DNA of 64,000 nucleotides. It comes from Takakia lepidozioides (taxonomy: Eukaryota > Plantae > Bryophyta). The stretch is taken from positions 11,470,001-11,534,000 of the forward strand of contig CM060731.1 of assembly GCA_030704615.1 (NCBI GenBank). The letters are read 5' to 3'. This document shows positions 37,801 through 49,674 of the stretch, piece by piece. Both the position numbers and the translations under genes were made by a program. Position 1 is the stretch's first letter; each line of letters begins with the position of its first letter. The notes beneath the pieces are model-generated. The model did no database searches. It saw only the letters and a program-made list of their open reading frames with translations, and had not been told where the DNA came from.

Positions 37801-38523
37801 TGTCGCGCACCTCACTTCGGTAAACTCCCCTTCAAGTCATAGTTAACCGCTTTGATGCGCGCGCCTGACTCCCAACCTGGCCGCCGGGCCAATTTGGAGT
37901 TTCGGCTACTCCCGGGACATAACGGTCCCCGTTCGCTTCCTCTAAAACCCTCCACCTATTTGGGACTAGGAGAATTCCCTTTGGTAGATGGCAGTCCGGA
38001 ACAGCTCCCCACTCTTTGGTCGCTTTCCGGCTCGCACGATTACTCACTAGTTTTTGGTCACCAACGGGCTTGCACCGTTCTCGGGGTTACTACTCCCTAT
38101 ATATACTTCTGTAGCTGTCCGCGGGGGTTTCATAACCAGCCATGCCATTTTATGGCGAACCACCACGAAAACCCTCGACTCCCGGTGGTGAGTCGCGGTG
38201 AGTCTTGGCCCACTCACCGCGGCCCCAATGGACCGTGATGAGTCCCAAGACTCCCCACGACTCCCACCTCGAGGTCTCCACCCCATGGTGAGTCCTATGC
38301 CACCCCCACTAAGTCCCACTAAGCTACCACCACCCCTTGTGGAGCCACCTCCACCGCAACCCGGTGTGCGGGGCTCCACCTAGTGAGCGCCTCCGCCTCC
38401 TTGAGTGCCTTGGGCACTCAAGGGTGCTTCAGCCCCCCATACCTATCGCCGCCGCTGCCCCCACCACAGGGGCAGGCCCTCATGTGTCCCGACCCCCTGC
38501 CCTCAAGGCAAAGGGCCGCGACA
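37801..38523 (-). repeat. 3' LTR
   Basis: Direct repeat of 44048-44770; ORF-track translations across the two copies are identical. Confidence 0.96.
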
Positions 38524-39429
38524 CACACCCCTACCAACAGGGAGTCGATGTCCTCATCGACTTGTCCATTTTGTAGAAACGAACATCCAAGTTGTGGCGT
38601 CCCACATCAAGGAGTTTGTTTCCGTACCATGGCGTCCCATGGCAAAGAACCAAACCCCACACTTGACTCCACTCTCCACTAGCTAGTTCGGCCGACTTCC
38701 TCCAAGTCCCGGCCAAGGGTGGAGCCTCTCCAGCTCCTCCCAGTGCACTCTTCTTGGCCTACTTCAAGGCCAAGGAACGATCCTCCCCGAGGATCGAATC
38801 GCCTTACTGCAACAACATTGCTTGCGATCGCTCATGATGCCGCTTTTGGCATCACCTTGAGCAAGGGTTCACCTGGAACCCTCTTTGACTAGGAAGATAA
38901 CCTTGAACCAACCGTGCGCCCCAATCACTACAATTGGGTCCGCCTTGGAATGCTGGCCTGAGGTACAGGAACACGCCGAAGCCGCACTACGACTTCGTCC
39001 CGAGGCTACACGATTATAGTACGTGAACGGAAGCACGTAGCTTCCGCGTTAGCCCGCACTACAAGGCAACCCCCTCGGTAGCGCAGTTATAGTACGCGCA
39101 CGCGCCAGGTGCGCACTAGCACTTGAACTCCCAAATAAGGCGCAAGTTTCCTTGCCCCTTGGATGGGAGTCACCCGATTTCGGCACTGCGCAAACACACG
39201 ATTAACTCAATTTACCTCTCCTACTTTTGTAAGCTAGCATGCATTCTACACACTAGTCAACCACACCATGCATCACCATTTCAAACACAATAGGACGCAC
39301 AATATTTGGAACCCATTTCCTTTATAACAAATTTTTGTACAATACAAGTTTTTGCAATCGGATTCCTGAGCTAGCTAAACCGGGCTAAGTATGCATTTCC
39401 TCCCCCACGCTCCAAGGTTGATGTCCCCA

Positions 39430-42400
39430 TCAACGTTTCTTCCGCTTTTGAGGTCGCCCTTCGAACGCTGCAACTGCCTCGGATGCGTTTCCCATTTCTG
39501 AGGCACGCACCCAAGATGCCTCCACAAGATGATAGCCCTTCCATTTGACTAGATACTCCGTTTCTCGGTTCTTGAACCTCCTCGACTTAAGTATTGCCTC
39601 CACCTCGTACTCGGGTTCATTTTCATGATCCAACAGCATAGGTGGCGGACGCAACACTTGCTGCCGATTCGGACGTGCTTCATCTTTGAAGTAAGGCTTC
39701 AAAAGGGAGACATGGAATACTGGGTGCACCTTGCTGTTTGCCGGCAGCTCCAATTCATACACATCCTCATTCATAACCCTCCGAATGCGAAAGGGACCCG
39801 CATACGGAGGTACGAACTTCGGACTCACTTCCGGAGGTAGTCGAAAATTCTTGATGTTCAACCAGACCTCTGTGCCTGCCTCAAACTTCACTTCCCTCCG
39901 CTTCCGATTCGCCTGCCTTTCATACCGTTTCCTAGCTTTGGCAATGTTGTACTTTGCGAGCTTCAACAAACGCTCGCGTTCTTCCAGCACCGCCGCTACT
40001 GCCGGTTCCTCAACGTCCTGGGCGGCCCAACTTGTCGGCACCAGAGGTGCTTTTCCATAGACCAACACAAAAGGGGAAACTCCCGTCGCGGAGTGTTCTG
40101 TGTTATTATAACAGAACTCTGCCGCGTCTAAGTGTTCCATCCAGTCTGATTGGTCTGCCGACACGTAATTCCGCAAGAATTGCTTCACTACGGAATTCAC
40201 TCTTTCCGTTTGGCCGTCCGTCGTAGGTCGGAAGGCGGTGCTCATCTTCAGCCTCGTCCCCATCTTCTTCCAAAGTGCTCTCCAAAATTTACTCGTAAAC
40301 TTTGGGTCGCGGTCCGAGACAATATCCTTCGGGACTCCATGATGCTTTAAGACGTGGGCGAAGTAAAGTCGCCCTGTCTCCTGCGCCGTTGCCGTCTCCT
40401 TGGTGGGGATGAAATGGGCCATTTTACTGAACCTATCTACCACCACCATGATTGCATCGAATCCTTTTGACAGCGGCATAGCAGTCATGAAATCCATCGA
40501 GACGCTTTCCCAAGTCCCCTCTGGAATCGGCAAGGGTTGTAACAGCCCCGCTTGCTTTTTGTACTCGCTCCGGTTTTGTTGGCATGTGGTGCATGTCTTG
40601 ACATACTCCTCTGCCTCCTCCCTCAGTTTGGGCCAGAAATACTCTTTCTTCAAGAGTGCCGCAGTGCGCTTGGCTCCGCCGTGGCCCGCAAGCAGGCTAT
40701 CATGGCATTCTCTCAAGAGGCTATCTCTGATCCCTCCCTTTGGCACATAGAGACGTTTTTGCTTATACCGGAGCAGTCCTTTTTGCAAGTGGAACTGCGA
40801 TTTAACCCCCATTCTCAAGTCCTGCATCACGCGCTTTGCCAGCTCATCCTTCCGGCAAGCCTTCCGGATCTTCCTTTGGAGCGCCGTCTCGCCCTTGTAC
40901 ACCAACAAGAGCTGCTGCTTTCTACTTAAAGCATCGGCCACCACATTGTCCCGTCCCGGTTTGTACTGGATATCCACGTCGAACACTGCCAAAGTATCTT
41001 GCCACCTAAGTTGTTTTGGGGACAACTTGGGCTGCGTGGCAAAATACTTCACCGTGACATTGTCCGTGAACACCTTCACTGGGTTGGAACCAACATAGTG
41101 GCGCCAGAGTTCAAGGCAATGCACCACCGCCTTCATCTCTTTTTCGTGCGTCGGCCACCGTCGCTCCACTTCATTCAGTTTCTTACTTTCGTAAGCCACT
41201 GGACGTCCATCTTGCATAAGTACACCCCCAATCGCGAAGTCCGATGCATCTGTATGAATCTCAAACGGACGATCGAACTCCGGGATTTTCAAGACTGGAG
41301 CTTCCGTCATCCGCTGCTTCAATTCAGCAAAAGCTTGGCCACAAAATGTGTTCCATACCCAGACTTTGGATTTACACAGAAGGTCCGACAGCGGCCCCGC
41401 GATCTTGGCGAAATTTCTCACATACTTCCGGTAATAGGAGGCGAGTCCTAGGAAGGATCGCACTCCCGGGACCGAAGTCGGAGGCTCCCAGTCCAAGATC
41501 GCCCTCACCTTTCTGTCATCCATTTTGATCCCATCCTGTGTAATCACATGCCCCAGGAACTCCACTTTTGTGACCCCGAATTCGCACTTTGAAGCTTTGG
41601 CATACAGCTTCCCGTCCCGCAATTTTTGGAACACCCTTTTGAGGTGCTCCAGGTGCTCCTCCTTTGTTTTCGAGTACACCAAGATGTCGTCGATGTACAC
41701 GATCACAAAGTCATCCAACCACTCCTGGAAAAGGCTGTTCATCAGCGTGCTAAATGTCGCTGGTGCATTGGTGAGCCCAAAAGGCATCACCAAGAACTCA
41801 TATGAACCATACCTTGTCCTGCACGCGGTCTTCTCCTCATCTCCTTCTGCCACCCGAATTTGGTGATAGCCGGAGCGCAAGTCGATCCGGCTGAAATACT
41901 TCGCTCCTGCCAACCGATCGAAGAGGTCGTCGATCCTTGGCAAAGGGTACCGGTTTTTGATAGTCACCTTATTCAAAGCCCTGTAATCGACACACATCCG
42001 CAGCGTCCCATCCTTCTTGTCTGCGAATAGCACCGGGGCTCCGTAAGGTGACTTACTCGGCCGGATGTACCCCTTTGACATTAGATCCTTGAGCTGAGTC
42101 TTCAGCTCGACCAACTCTCTGTGGCTCAACCGGTAGGGCGCCTTGGCAGGCGGTTCCGATCCCGGTATCACCTCAATCTTGTGGTCAACTCCTCTTCGCG
42201 GTGGCAAGCCGCTTGGTAAATCCTCCGGCATCACATCCTGGTATTTCTCCAAAATCCCTTTGATCCAATCTGGGCTCGGCTCCCCATCGCCTTCTCCTTT
42301 CACTTCTCTAATGTAAAGCAAAAACTGGGACTCGTGTGCCTCCTCCACGGCCCACTCCTTTGCTGACAGAAGGTTTATTCGCCCTCCCACGGATTTGGGC

Positions 42401-43992
42401 GTTTCCGACACTCGTAAAACTTCACCACCATTCCCACATGGCAGCGTGACTACTCTCTTGCGGCCATCTATGACCGCTCCGGATTTGCTCAAAAAGGTCA
42501 TCCCCAAAATGAGATCCACTCCATCGATCTCGCAGATAGTGAAGTTCTCACGTCCCTCCCAACTCCCCAGTTGAAGAGGAACATCAAACGCCAACCTTGT
42601 CGCCAACTGAGGTTCTCCTTTGGCAGAGCGCACCTCAATAGAGGCCCCCACGTCACTTGTCGGGAGTCCCAACTTTCGCGCCGCCGCCGGCGTCATGAAG
42701 GAGTGCGACGCTCCTGTGTCCACCAACAACGACACGTTAGTTCCGGATATTATCCCATCCACGAACAATAACTGACTCCCTTTACGCAGGGCGCCAGTTT
42801 CCTGATACAACTCACAAGAATAGTTGCCTACCTTGCAAGTCCTGGCGACTACCGCTTCCACCAAACGACTGATGGTATCTTCCGACAGCTCCGTGGTCGC
42901 CCGAGTCATGTTCAATTGCCGGGGCTTCGTGCACTTCTTGGCCATGTGCCCGGGCTCCCCGCAATTGAAACACACTCCATCAAAGGTCGCCTTCTGTCCG
43001 CCATAAGCCGCTCCACCCGCTTTTCCTTTCGAAGCACCGGGTGCCGCCTTGACGTGTGAAGGCCCTCCCTTCGATTTCCACGTGCCATTTTCGCCGCGTG
43101 GCCTATCCCACTTCTTTTCCGGTCGGGAGGAGTCACCTTCCCGCCGGGTCTTCTTGTGGTTCAGCTCCGTACGGCCTTGTCTCTCACCCCTAGGGACATC
43201 CGAGAAACATTCAGCTCTCTCAATTGCCTCGTTCAAAGTCTTGGGTGGCTTCTCCTCCAACTTCCGCCTAGCCCATGGGGCCAGTCCCGCCACAAAGTTG
43301 AAGACCATTTCTGGTTCTGCCATGTCCGCGACTTCGAGCAACAGCACATTGAAAGCCTGGACATACCCCCGAATGTCATCTGTTTGCTTCAAATTCCTCA
43401 TCTTGTCCCGGGCAAGCCAGGATGCGTTGAGGGGCACAAACTGTCTCTTCATCAATTCCTTGAACTCACTCCAGTTCAAGGTTTCCGGGCTTGGGCCTCG
43501 GTCGTGAAGGCGTTTCTGCCACCATTGTTGAGCATAGCCCCTCAAATAGGTGGGAGCCACTTCCACCCGATCCTCGTCACTCAACTTGGCCGCCCGGAAG
43601 TACTGCTCTAGCTCCAGGAGCCAGGTGTTGAGTGCCTTCCGGTTTCGAACGCCCTCAAAGGTGCCGGGTTCCTTAGGCTTCACCTTAAACTTTGCCTTAG
43701 TGGAAGTGGCATTAGCCGCCTTCAACACGTCTTTCAACGCCCCGCCAAACTGCGCCAACAACCCTTCCCAAAAGGCTGCTGGCATGGGAGGCATCTCTTG
43801 GTTTGTCGGAGCTCTCGAGGATTCCTCGGGCTCCGACTCCTCGGATTCCTCCCGCTCTTGAGCGGCCTCGTTTTCGGAAACATTCATCGCTTCCTCAAAC
43901 GGCCGCCTCGGTGACACGTCGCCCCCATCGGGCTCACCGGGATCATCATCTTTTGGGCCGTTCCGCTTTCGCTTCGGCTTGCCCGACCCCAT
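39430..43992 (-). CDS. Gag-Pol polyprotein (gag, CCHC knuckle, protease, RT, RNase H, integrase, chromodomain)
   Basis: [14 protein letters not shown]; [10 protein letters not shown]; YIDDIL; [12 protein letters not shown]; [12 protein letters not shown]; SMDF..SDRD..GQTE; [24 protein letters not shown]. Single uninterrupted ORF, first ATG at 43992. Confidence 0.97.
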   Translation of the reverse strand: MGSGKPKRKRNGPKDDDPGEPDGGDVSPRRPFEEAMNVSENEAAQEREESEESEPEESSRAPTNQEMPPMPAAFWEGLLAQFGGALKDVLKAANATSTKAKFKVKPKEPGTFEGVRNRKALNTWLLELEQYFRAAKLSDEDRVEVAPTYLRGYAQQWWQKRLHDRGPSPETLNWSEFKELMKRQFVPLNASWLARDKMRNLKQTDDIRGYVQAFNVLLLEVADMAEPEMVFNFVAGLAPWARRKLEEKPPKTLNEAIERAECFSDVPRGERQGRTELNHKKTRREGDSSRPEKKWDRPRGENGTWKSKGGPSHVKAAPGASKGKAGGAAYGGQKATFDGVCFNCGEPGHMAKKCTKPRQLNMTRATTELSEDTISRLVEAVVARTCKVGNYSCELYQETGALRKGSQLLFVDGIISGTNVSLLVDTGASHSFMTPAAARKLGLPTSDVGASIEVRSAKGEPQLATRLAFDVPLQLGSWEGRENFTICEIDGVDLILGMTFLSKSGAVIDGRKRVVTLPCGNGGEVLRVSETPKSVGGRINLLSAKEWAVEEAHESQFLLYIREVKGEGDGEPSPDWIKGILEKYQDVMPEDLPSGLPPRRGVDHKIEVIPGSEPPAKAPYRLSHRELVELKTQLKDLMSKGYIRPSKSPYGAPVLFADKKDGTLRMCVDYRALNKVTIKNRYPLPRIDDLFDRLAGAKYFSRIDLRSGYHQIRVAEGDEEKTACRTRYGSYEFLVMPFGLTNAPATFSTLMNSLFQEWLDDFVIVYIDDILVYSKTKEEHLEHLKRVFQKLRDGKLYAKASKCEFGVTKVEFLGHVITQDGIKMDDRKVRAILDWEPPTSVPGVRSFLGLASYYRKYVRNFAKIAGPLSDLLCKSKVWVWNTFCGQAFAELKQRMTEAPVLKIPEFDRPFEIHTDASDFAIGGVLMQDGRPVAYESKKLNEVERRWPTHEKEMKAVVHCLELWRHYVGSNPVKVFTDNVTVKYFATQPKLSPKQLRWQDTLAVFDVDIQYKPGRDNVVADALSRKQQLLLVYKGETALQRKIRKACRKDELAKRVMQDLRMGVKSQFHLQKGLLRYKQKRLYVPKGGIRDSLLRECHDSLLAGHGGAKRTAALLKKEYFWPKLREEAEEYVKTCTTCQQNRSEYKKQAGLLQPLPIPEGTWESVSMDFMTAMPLSKGFDAIMVVVDRFSKMAHFIPTKETATAQETGRLYFAHVLKHHGVPKDIVSDRDPKFTSKFWRALWKKMGTRLKMSTAFRPTTDGQTERVNSVVKQFLRNYVSADQSDWMEHLDAAEFCYNNTEHSATGVSPFVLVYGKAPLVPTSWAAQDVEEPAVAAVLEERERLLKLAKYNIAKARKRYERQANRKRREVKFEAGTEVWLNIKNFRLPPEVSPKFVPPYAGPFRIRRVMNEDVYELELPANSKVHPVFHVSLLKPYFKDEARPNRQQVLRPPPMLLDHENEPEYEVEAILKSRRFKNRETEYLVKWKGYHLVEASWVRASEMGNASEAVAAFEGRPQKRKKR

Positions 43993-44032
43993 GATGAGGC
44001 CGATCCCAAGGACGATCGCGTACTGAACTCTA

Positions 44033-44045
44033 AGCTCTGATACCA
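44033..44045 (-). promoter_or_regulatory. Primer binding site, tRNA-iMet
   Basis: Minus strand reads TGGTATCAGAGC immediately inside the 5' LTR. Confidence 0.9.
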
Positions 44046-44047
44046 AG

Positions 44048-44770
44048 TGTCGCGCACCTCACTTCGGTAAACTCCCCTTCAAGTCATAGTTAACCGCTTT
44101 GATGCGCGCGCCTGACTCCCAACCTGGCCGCCGGGCCAATTTGGAGTTTCGGCTACTCCCGGGACATAACGGTCCCCGTTCGCTTCCTCTAAAACCCTCC
44201 ACCTATTTGGGACTAGGAGAATTCCCTTTGGTAGATGGCAGTCCGGAACAGCTCCCCACTCTTTGGTCGCTTTCCGGCTCGCACGATTACTCACTAGTTT
44301 TTGGTCACCAACGGGCTTGCACCGTTCTCGGGGTTACTACTCCCTATATATACTTCTGTAGCTGTCCGCGGGGGTTTCATAACCAGCCATGCCATTTTAT
44401 GGCGAACCACCACGAAAACCCTCGACTCCCGGTGGTGAGTCGCGGTGAGTCTTGGCCCACTCACCGCGGCCCCAATGGACCGTGATGAGTCCCAAGACTC
44501 CCCACGACTCCCACCTCGAGGTCTCCACCCCATGGTGAGTCCTATGCCACCCCCACTAAGTCCCACTAAGCTACCACCACCCCTTGTGGAGCCACCTCCA
44601 CCGCAACCCGGTGTGCGGGGCTCCACCTAGTGAGCGCCTCCGCCTCCTTGAGTGCCTTGGGCACTCAAGGGTGCTTCAGCCCCCCATACCTATCGCCGCC
44701 GCTGCCCCCACCACAGGGGCAGGCCCTCATGTGTCCCGACCCCCTGCCCTCAAGGCAAAGGGCCGCGACA
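44048..44770 (-). repeat. 5' LTR
   Basis: 723 bp, TG..CA ends, adjacent to the PBS. Confidence 0.96.
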
Positions 44771-45744
44771 CTATAAGCTTTTTGACATCTTTTTGCCTGT
44801 TAATACTGAAAATTTTGTAAAGAAATTCCAGTGTTTGATTCTTTTTACCTGTTATGTATGCAGCAAGAAATAGCAGAAACTGGATTGAAGGCGAAAGCAG
44901 AGTACTATGATTCCCACACAGAAGAGCAGCGGTCTGCAACTGGGCTTGAGGACATGATGAAGTTCGAGATGAAAAATCAAAGGAAGAACCTCATGAGTGC
45001 ATTCGACAAACAGATCCGGATAGCAGACCCAGGTCTTGGCACGGAATTTCTGGAACAGGTGAAAGCACACTATGACAAGTATGGCTCCAAGCCAGAAATG
45101 ACTCAAGAGAAACTACATCGCCTTTCCATTTCAATGGTGGACAATGCAACCAAAATCAGGTGGTTGGAGATATGGAATTCGGATCCTCTTATGAGAGACA
45201 CGAACATGTTCCCAACTCCAGAGAGGGACCCGAAGACACAAGCAATAAGAGTTGTTAGTGACCACACATTCGACCAGTGAATACACAAAGCCACATTCTG
45301 GAGCCAGGTAAGGTTTGAACCAAACCATTTTCAGACATTTGTGATGCTCCGTAACCTCTCGCAAATTCTTACGAGCTTTCTTGTTGCAGTTAGAAAAACG
45401 TGCAGTGGCTGCACTTGCTGAGTCGATGGCAGACTACAAAATCCAGATGGCTTGCCCCCGGATCACACTGGAGGCCTATATCAGGAGATGGAAGCTCGCT
45501 ATCTGGAACAACTGCTTCTTCAGGGAGTTTGAGAAAGAGAAAGGAATCTCCAGGTCTTACGAATTCAAAAACCAGTACAACAGCGAGCAAGCAATGAAGC
45601 GAGTGTTGTACAGGTGTGACCTCCTTGAATCAAAATTGGTGCTTGAAGGGCATGTTTCTGCAATCTTGTGTCGTTCTTTCCATGAGGAATTGCGAATTTG
45701 CAGTGCTTTGCGAGATCTCTGAGGGCTCTGCATGTGCAGTCGAG

Positions 45745-46365
45745 CAACATTGCGTTAACGCAATGTTGTTTCCCATTGTCCTGGTTTCACTTATCTATAC
45801 CTGGGTATCCCATAATGCCATTTTTCTGAATGTGAAAGGGATAAACTGACTGGAAAATCAGCCTTGCGTCAACGCAAGGTTGATGAAGTGTCAGGCTATG
45901 TAGCTTTTCCTGTGGTTTTGGGCAGTTCAAATCCAGTTCCAATGCTGCCAAGATGAACATAAGTCTGTTTTGAGTCGGTTTGAAATGCTATTTACAACTT
46001 TAACTGTACCAACAAACAGACTTGCGTTGACGCAAGGTTGTTTGGCGGTATGGATTGCTGGAAATTTCCCGCAGCCATCCCCCGATTTCAATACAATTGT
46101 AGGAAACTTATGATTATCAGATACCATTGACATGTGTTTCAACAGAGGATTTCAACATTGCGCCAATGCAATGTTGAATATCCGCACCAGTACATAGTCT
46201 GATGGTAGTTTTCATGCAGTGTTTTCCATTTCCCCTCAACCCTAAAACAACCTTGCGTTGAAGCAATGTTGAATTGCGCTTCTCAGTCGTTGTCTCTATC
46301 AATACAACATTATCATTTGGTGTTCCCCATTTCTGCTAGAATGAACATTGCGTCAACGCAAGGTT
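45745..46365. repeat. Cluster 2 of ~24-bp palindromes (6 copies) in the central intron region of the ParB-MTase gene
   Basis: Copies at ~45745 (perfect caacattgcgttaacgcaatgttg), 45857, 46017, 46151, 46248 and 46344. Confidence 0.9.
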
Positions 46366-49019
46366 AATTCGGGATTTCAAAAGTAGAATTCTCAGTGTTG
46401 CATTCCTGCATTTCAATATCTTTTTCCGGATGTGTGTTCTTTTTCGTTTTCTGATCGAATGACTGTCTGGGTTTGCCAAAGACGGCTGGTATTGCCAAAG
46501 ACTGGAGCAGGGCGCACTTCCGAGACTGTGGGTGGTACCTCGACCTGCCAAAACAGGACACCCCATTCGATGAAGTTGTTTTGAGAAACCTGAATGACAA
46601 TGCCGCAGCGATTGCCCCATTGGCTGAGAAAGACATCTAGGACAGAATCATTTCGGCTCTGGCTGCAAAAGAGCCCGAGAAAACTGCTACTCCAAAACGA
46701 AAGGGGAAGGTTGTCGGGGATCCGAAGGGGAAGGGGAAAAGTGCAGCTCCGCAAGGACAGGGACCGTCAGAGGTTCCTGAAAGACAGCCTTCTCCCGCAA
46801 GGAGGGATATGAGAACTTCAAAGTCCAGGGAGCAAGTTTTCGAGGCGAGAGAACATCCCTCCAGGGTTTTGGGCCAGTTCAATCGTAAGGTGCTGAATGA
46901 AAGTTTTCTTTCAATGATGGAGTCGAGGAAGTCCACATTCAAAGGGGTGCCCTCGAAATCATGGGACATGCTTGTTTCGTTCCTCACTCAGGTGAAAACT
47001 TATGTCTAAACTGTTGTATGAATAATTGTATTTGGCAGCTTGTTGTGGCTTGTCCAGGGGATTGATCTCCTGTTAGATTTGGATTGGGCTTCTTACATTG
47101 TCTCATGTTTTTGGCTGTAGGTCACAAAAAGTCCGGAATGGGTGAATGGAGTTCAACAGGTGGTGCTGGACATTCCTGACGGTTTTCCTGTCCCTGATGT
47201 GTTTCCTTCCAATTCGACCCCGACTTGGAACAAATCGGATTCTCGTTACTGGCAGTGGGCTTTCTCGTTCAGCAACAAGTTCCTTTCGGACTCGGGGGCT
47301 CTTCTTCTCATGCAGTCAAAGGACATGTCGGCTCGAAGAACTCTTTTCAGCTACATGAAAGCTTCTGGGTTTCGTGTCATCAAAACTTGGACATGCATCA
47401 ATACTCTGCCTCTTACGAAGGGCGAGTTCCCGGGGCAGAAAGTGAGTTGGTTCCTTTCAATTGATGTTTCGTGGTTTTCCGGTAAATCAAAATGGTGGAT
47501 TATGTCTTCTGTCTCATTCTCTCTTCGTGATTAATGACAGACACGAGTGTTCGAAGCTTTGTGCCTGGTGAGGCGGACGGACACTCTTCCTGCTGGTGTT
47601 GCTGAGTTTCAGTTGAGGGACCTTGCAGCTCACATTGACCCCACCTGCGAGCCTGTGGAGGATGATGTTAACTTCAATTACGTCGACTCGGGTCGGACTA
47701 TGAAAAGGTCGAATGGTGTCCCTTGGAGAGGTGCACGGGAGAAATCTCCAGCTTTCATGCAGACTTTGGTGGAGACATGCAGCCGTCATGGTGGACGAGT
47801 GGTTGACTTGTCTATGGGCACAGGTGGGGCCCTTCACATTGTGTTTGACATATGACCAGTGACCTTAGGGAAACCCTGTTTTTATTTCTCGTTCTTCTTG
47901 GATTTGCAAGAGCATGTTTTCATGCTTGCAAGAGCGCCGGAAGGCACTTCTTCGGCATGGAAGCTAATACGGAGCTCTTCTCAAGCGAGCTTCGTCAGCT
48001 TGAGTCAGACACTACTTCTGCCCCATCCACAGAGGGACTTCTGGAGGAGCCCGAAGCGCCTGACGAGGATCTGGACGTGGACTCCGATTTTGAGTGTGAG
48101 TAAGTTCTTGTGTAGTCGTGCAAAATATGTTGCATTTCCTTGTGTCGTTCCCATTCGAGAAATAGTGGCTTTCGTTGTCTATATCTGGATGTTAACATCT
48201 ACCACCATTCCTCTTCTTGCTTTGCAGAGTTCAGCACCAGTCATCGAATCAGCAGACACCTTTCGGTTTCCAATGATACTACATGTCCCCGAGCCCCCCT
48301 AGATCCAACCGCTTGCTGGTTTACGCGGAAGCTTGCGCACGGGTGTTATCCGAACAAACACTGTACTCGCATCTCCATGAAGGTCGAGGAAAAAAAAACG
48401 TCATGGATGTGCTGCTGTATTCATAGATGATATTGATGTACACTCTGGAAGTGGTTCCTCTGAAACCTCCAATATTTCTTTAGGTTCAAGTACCGAGGCT
48501 CAATAAATTGTATTTTGGTTTTGCTTCCATCTCCAAACTGTTTTTCAAGTTCTTTGCGCGTTCCCGTAAGTACAGTTGGGGATTGCCTAAAATAGGTCTT
48601 CGGATTGCGGAATTGAAAAATGATTGTGTGTTGGAATGAATGTACTGCTTTGCCCAAAAAAAATGTTTGCTTTTAATATTCAGTTCTCTAGTGGACGATC
48701 TCCTCATTCCAAAGTCATGACCTCAATCATAATTCATCCGCAAACCTGCCATTGTTATCGGCCACAAAGAATATTCATGTGGGGGCCATGAAGAGGGATA
48801 AAAAATTAGGACATAGGCGACAGCTGATCCGCGGTAATAGGGGGGGGTAAGCACGGAATTACGGCCTGAACACGTGGATGCTTGCTGACGTGGCGTGAGC
48901 CTAGCCAGGCTCACAGGCTCACAGGCTCACGCGGCCAGGCTCACGCGCAAGCATTCCCCTAAATTGCATGATGTGGGGAGGAGGAAAATGAATTTTCTCT
49001 TTGCCACCGCAGTGAGAAG

Positions 49020-49674
49020 CTGGCCATTGGTTTTGGGTTGATCAGCATGACCCTACGACGCCTCTCCATCTCATCAAGAATCTTTGAGTGTGTGGTGACT
49101 GCCACACCTCCACCAAATTCATCTCAAAGATTGTTGGCCGAGCAATTGTTGTACGGGACGCTAACCGCTTTCAGCACTTTGAAAATGGGATTTGTTCTTG
49201 TGGTGATTACTAGTGAAAGGATATCTTCTTGGAAAGATGCCAGTGTCTTGCTTCATTCATTGATTTGTGACGTAGCTAGTCAGACCATCCACCATTTCTT
49301 GAGAGTATTGACCATGATGTAGTATTGAGTGCATTTCCCGTGGCATAAATCCACATGAAATGATGGTGGGATCTATCCGGCATAGGTGGGAAGTCAGCCC
49401 ATAATTGCACTTGACTGAAGGGGTGATTTTTGACTGATTCTGGTGACAGTGGATGGAAATCAGAGTGCTGTCCTAATTCTGGGTTTGGGTGGTGGAGCTT
49501 CTCCAAAGCTTGAAGATGGAAGTGAATATGAATTTTAATGGGGTAACTACTTAAGCTGTCAATCTCAAACAAGCCGAAAAACTCTCCTGAAATCCCCTTC
49601 AAGAAAGTGAGGTCTTTTTCTCTTGCTTCCAGGCACCGTCCAACATCCCAAAAGCGAAGCTTTTGGTCCGTCAT
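49020..49674 (-). pseudogene. Degenerate ORF of unknown family
   Basis: ORF 49674-49276, plus an overlapping frame (HGKCTQYYIMVNTLKKWWMV*LATSQINE*SKTL..NNL*DEFGGG..EMERRRRVML) interrupted only by TGA codons. Confidence 0.25.

Larger units (their letters stand above)
37801..44770 (-). mobile_element. Full-length Ty3/gypsy chromovirus LTR retrotransposon
   Basis: Two 723-bp LTRs bounded TGTCGCG..CGCGACA; 5-bp TSD CTATA (37796-37800, 44771-44775); tRNA-iMet PBS; intact gag-pol. Confidence 0.97.
36935..48103 (+). pseudogene. Spliced gene for a ParB/Srx-like domain fused to a beta-class N4C/N6A DNA methyltransferase-like domain; decayed and split by an LTR element
   Basis: Exons ~36935-37533, 37608-37797, 44864-45308, 45390-~45650, ~46470-46991, 47121-47441, 47541-47823 and 47910-48103. 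Motifs: FFVWDGNHRLLAW; VVLDIPDG..WNK..KFLSDSGALLL; EKSPAFMQTLVETCS..VVDLSMGTGACFHACKSAGRHFFGME. In-frame stops at 37145, 45278 and 46638. Confidence 0.75.

Noticed and set aside
39625-43994. Many plus-strand ORFs inside the retrotransposon and ORFs within the LTRs
   Set aside because: Antisense shadows of gag-pol, or GC-rich LTR frames without motifs.
43993-44046. ORF-track start of gag-pol at 44046
   Set aside because: It is a TTG inside the PBS; the first ATG is at 43992.
36363-46365. Palindromic repeats read as a CRISPR array
   Set aside because: Spacing is irregular (~80-200 bp), orientations are mixed, no cas genes are present and the context is eukaryotic and intronic.
34597-48868. 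11-bp inverted match CAGGCCGTAAT / ATTACGGCCTG as TIRs of an element carrying the ParB-MTase gene
   Set aside because: No matching TSD (acccgcgc vs aacacgtg), and 11-bp inverted matches are expected many times by chance in 64 kb. Worth rechecking only with other copies.
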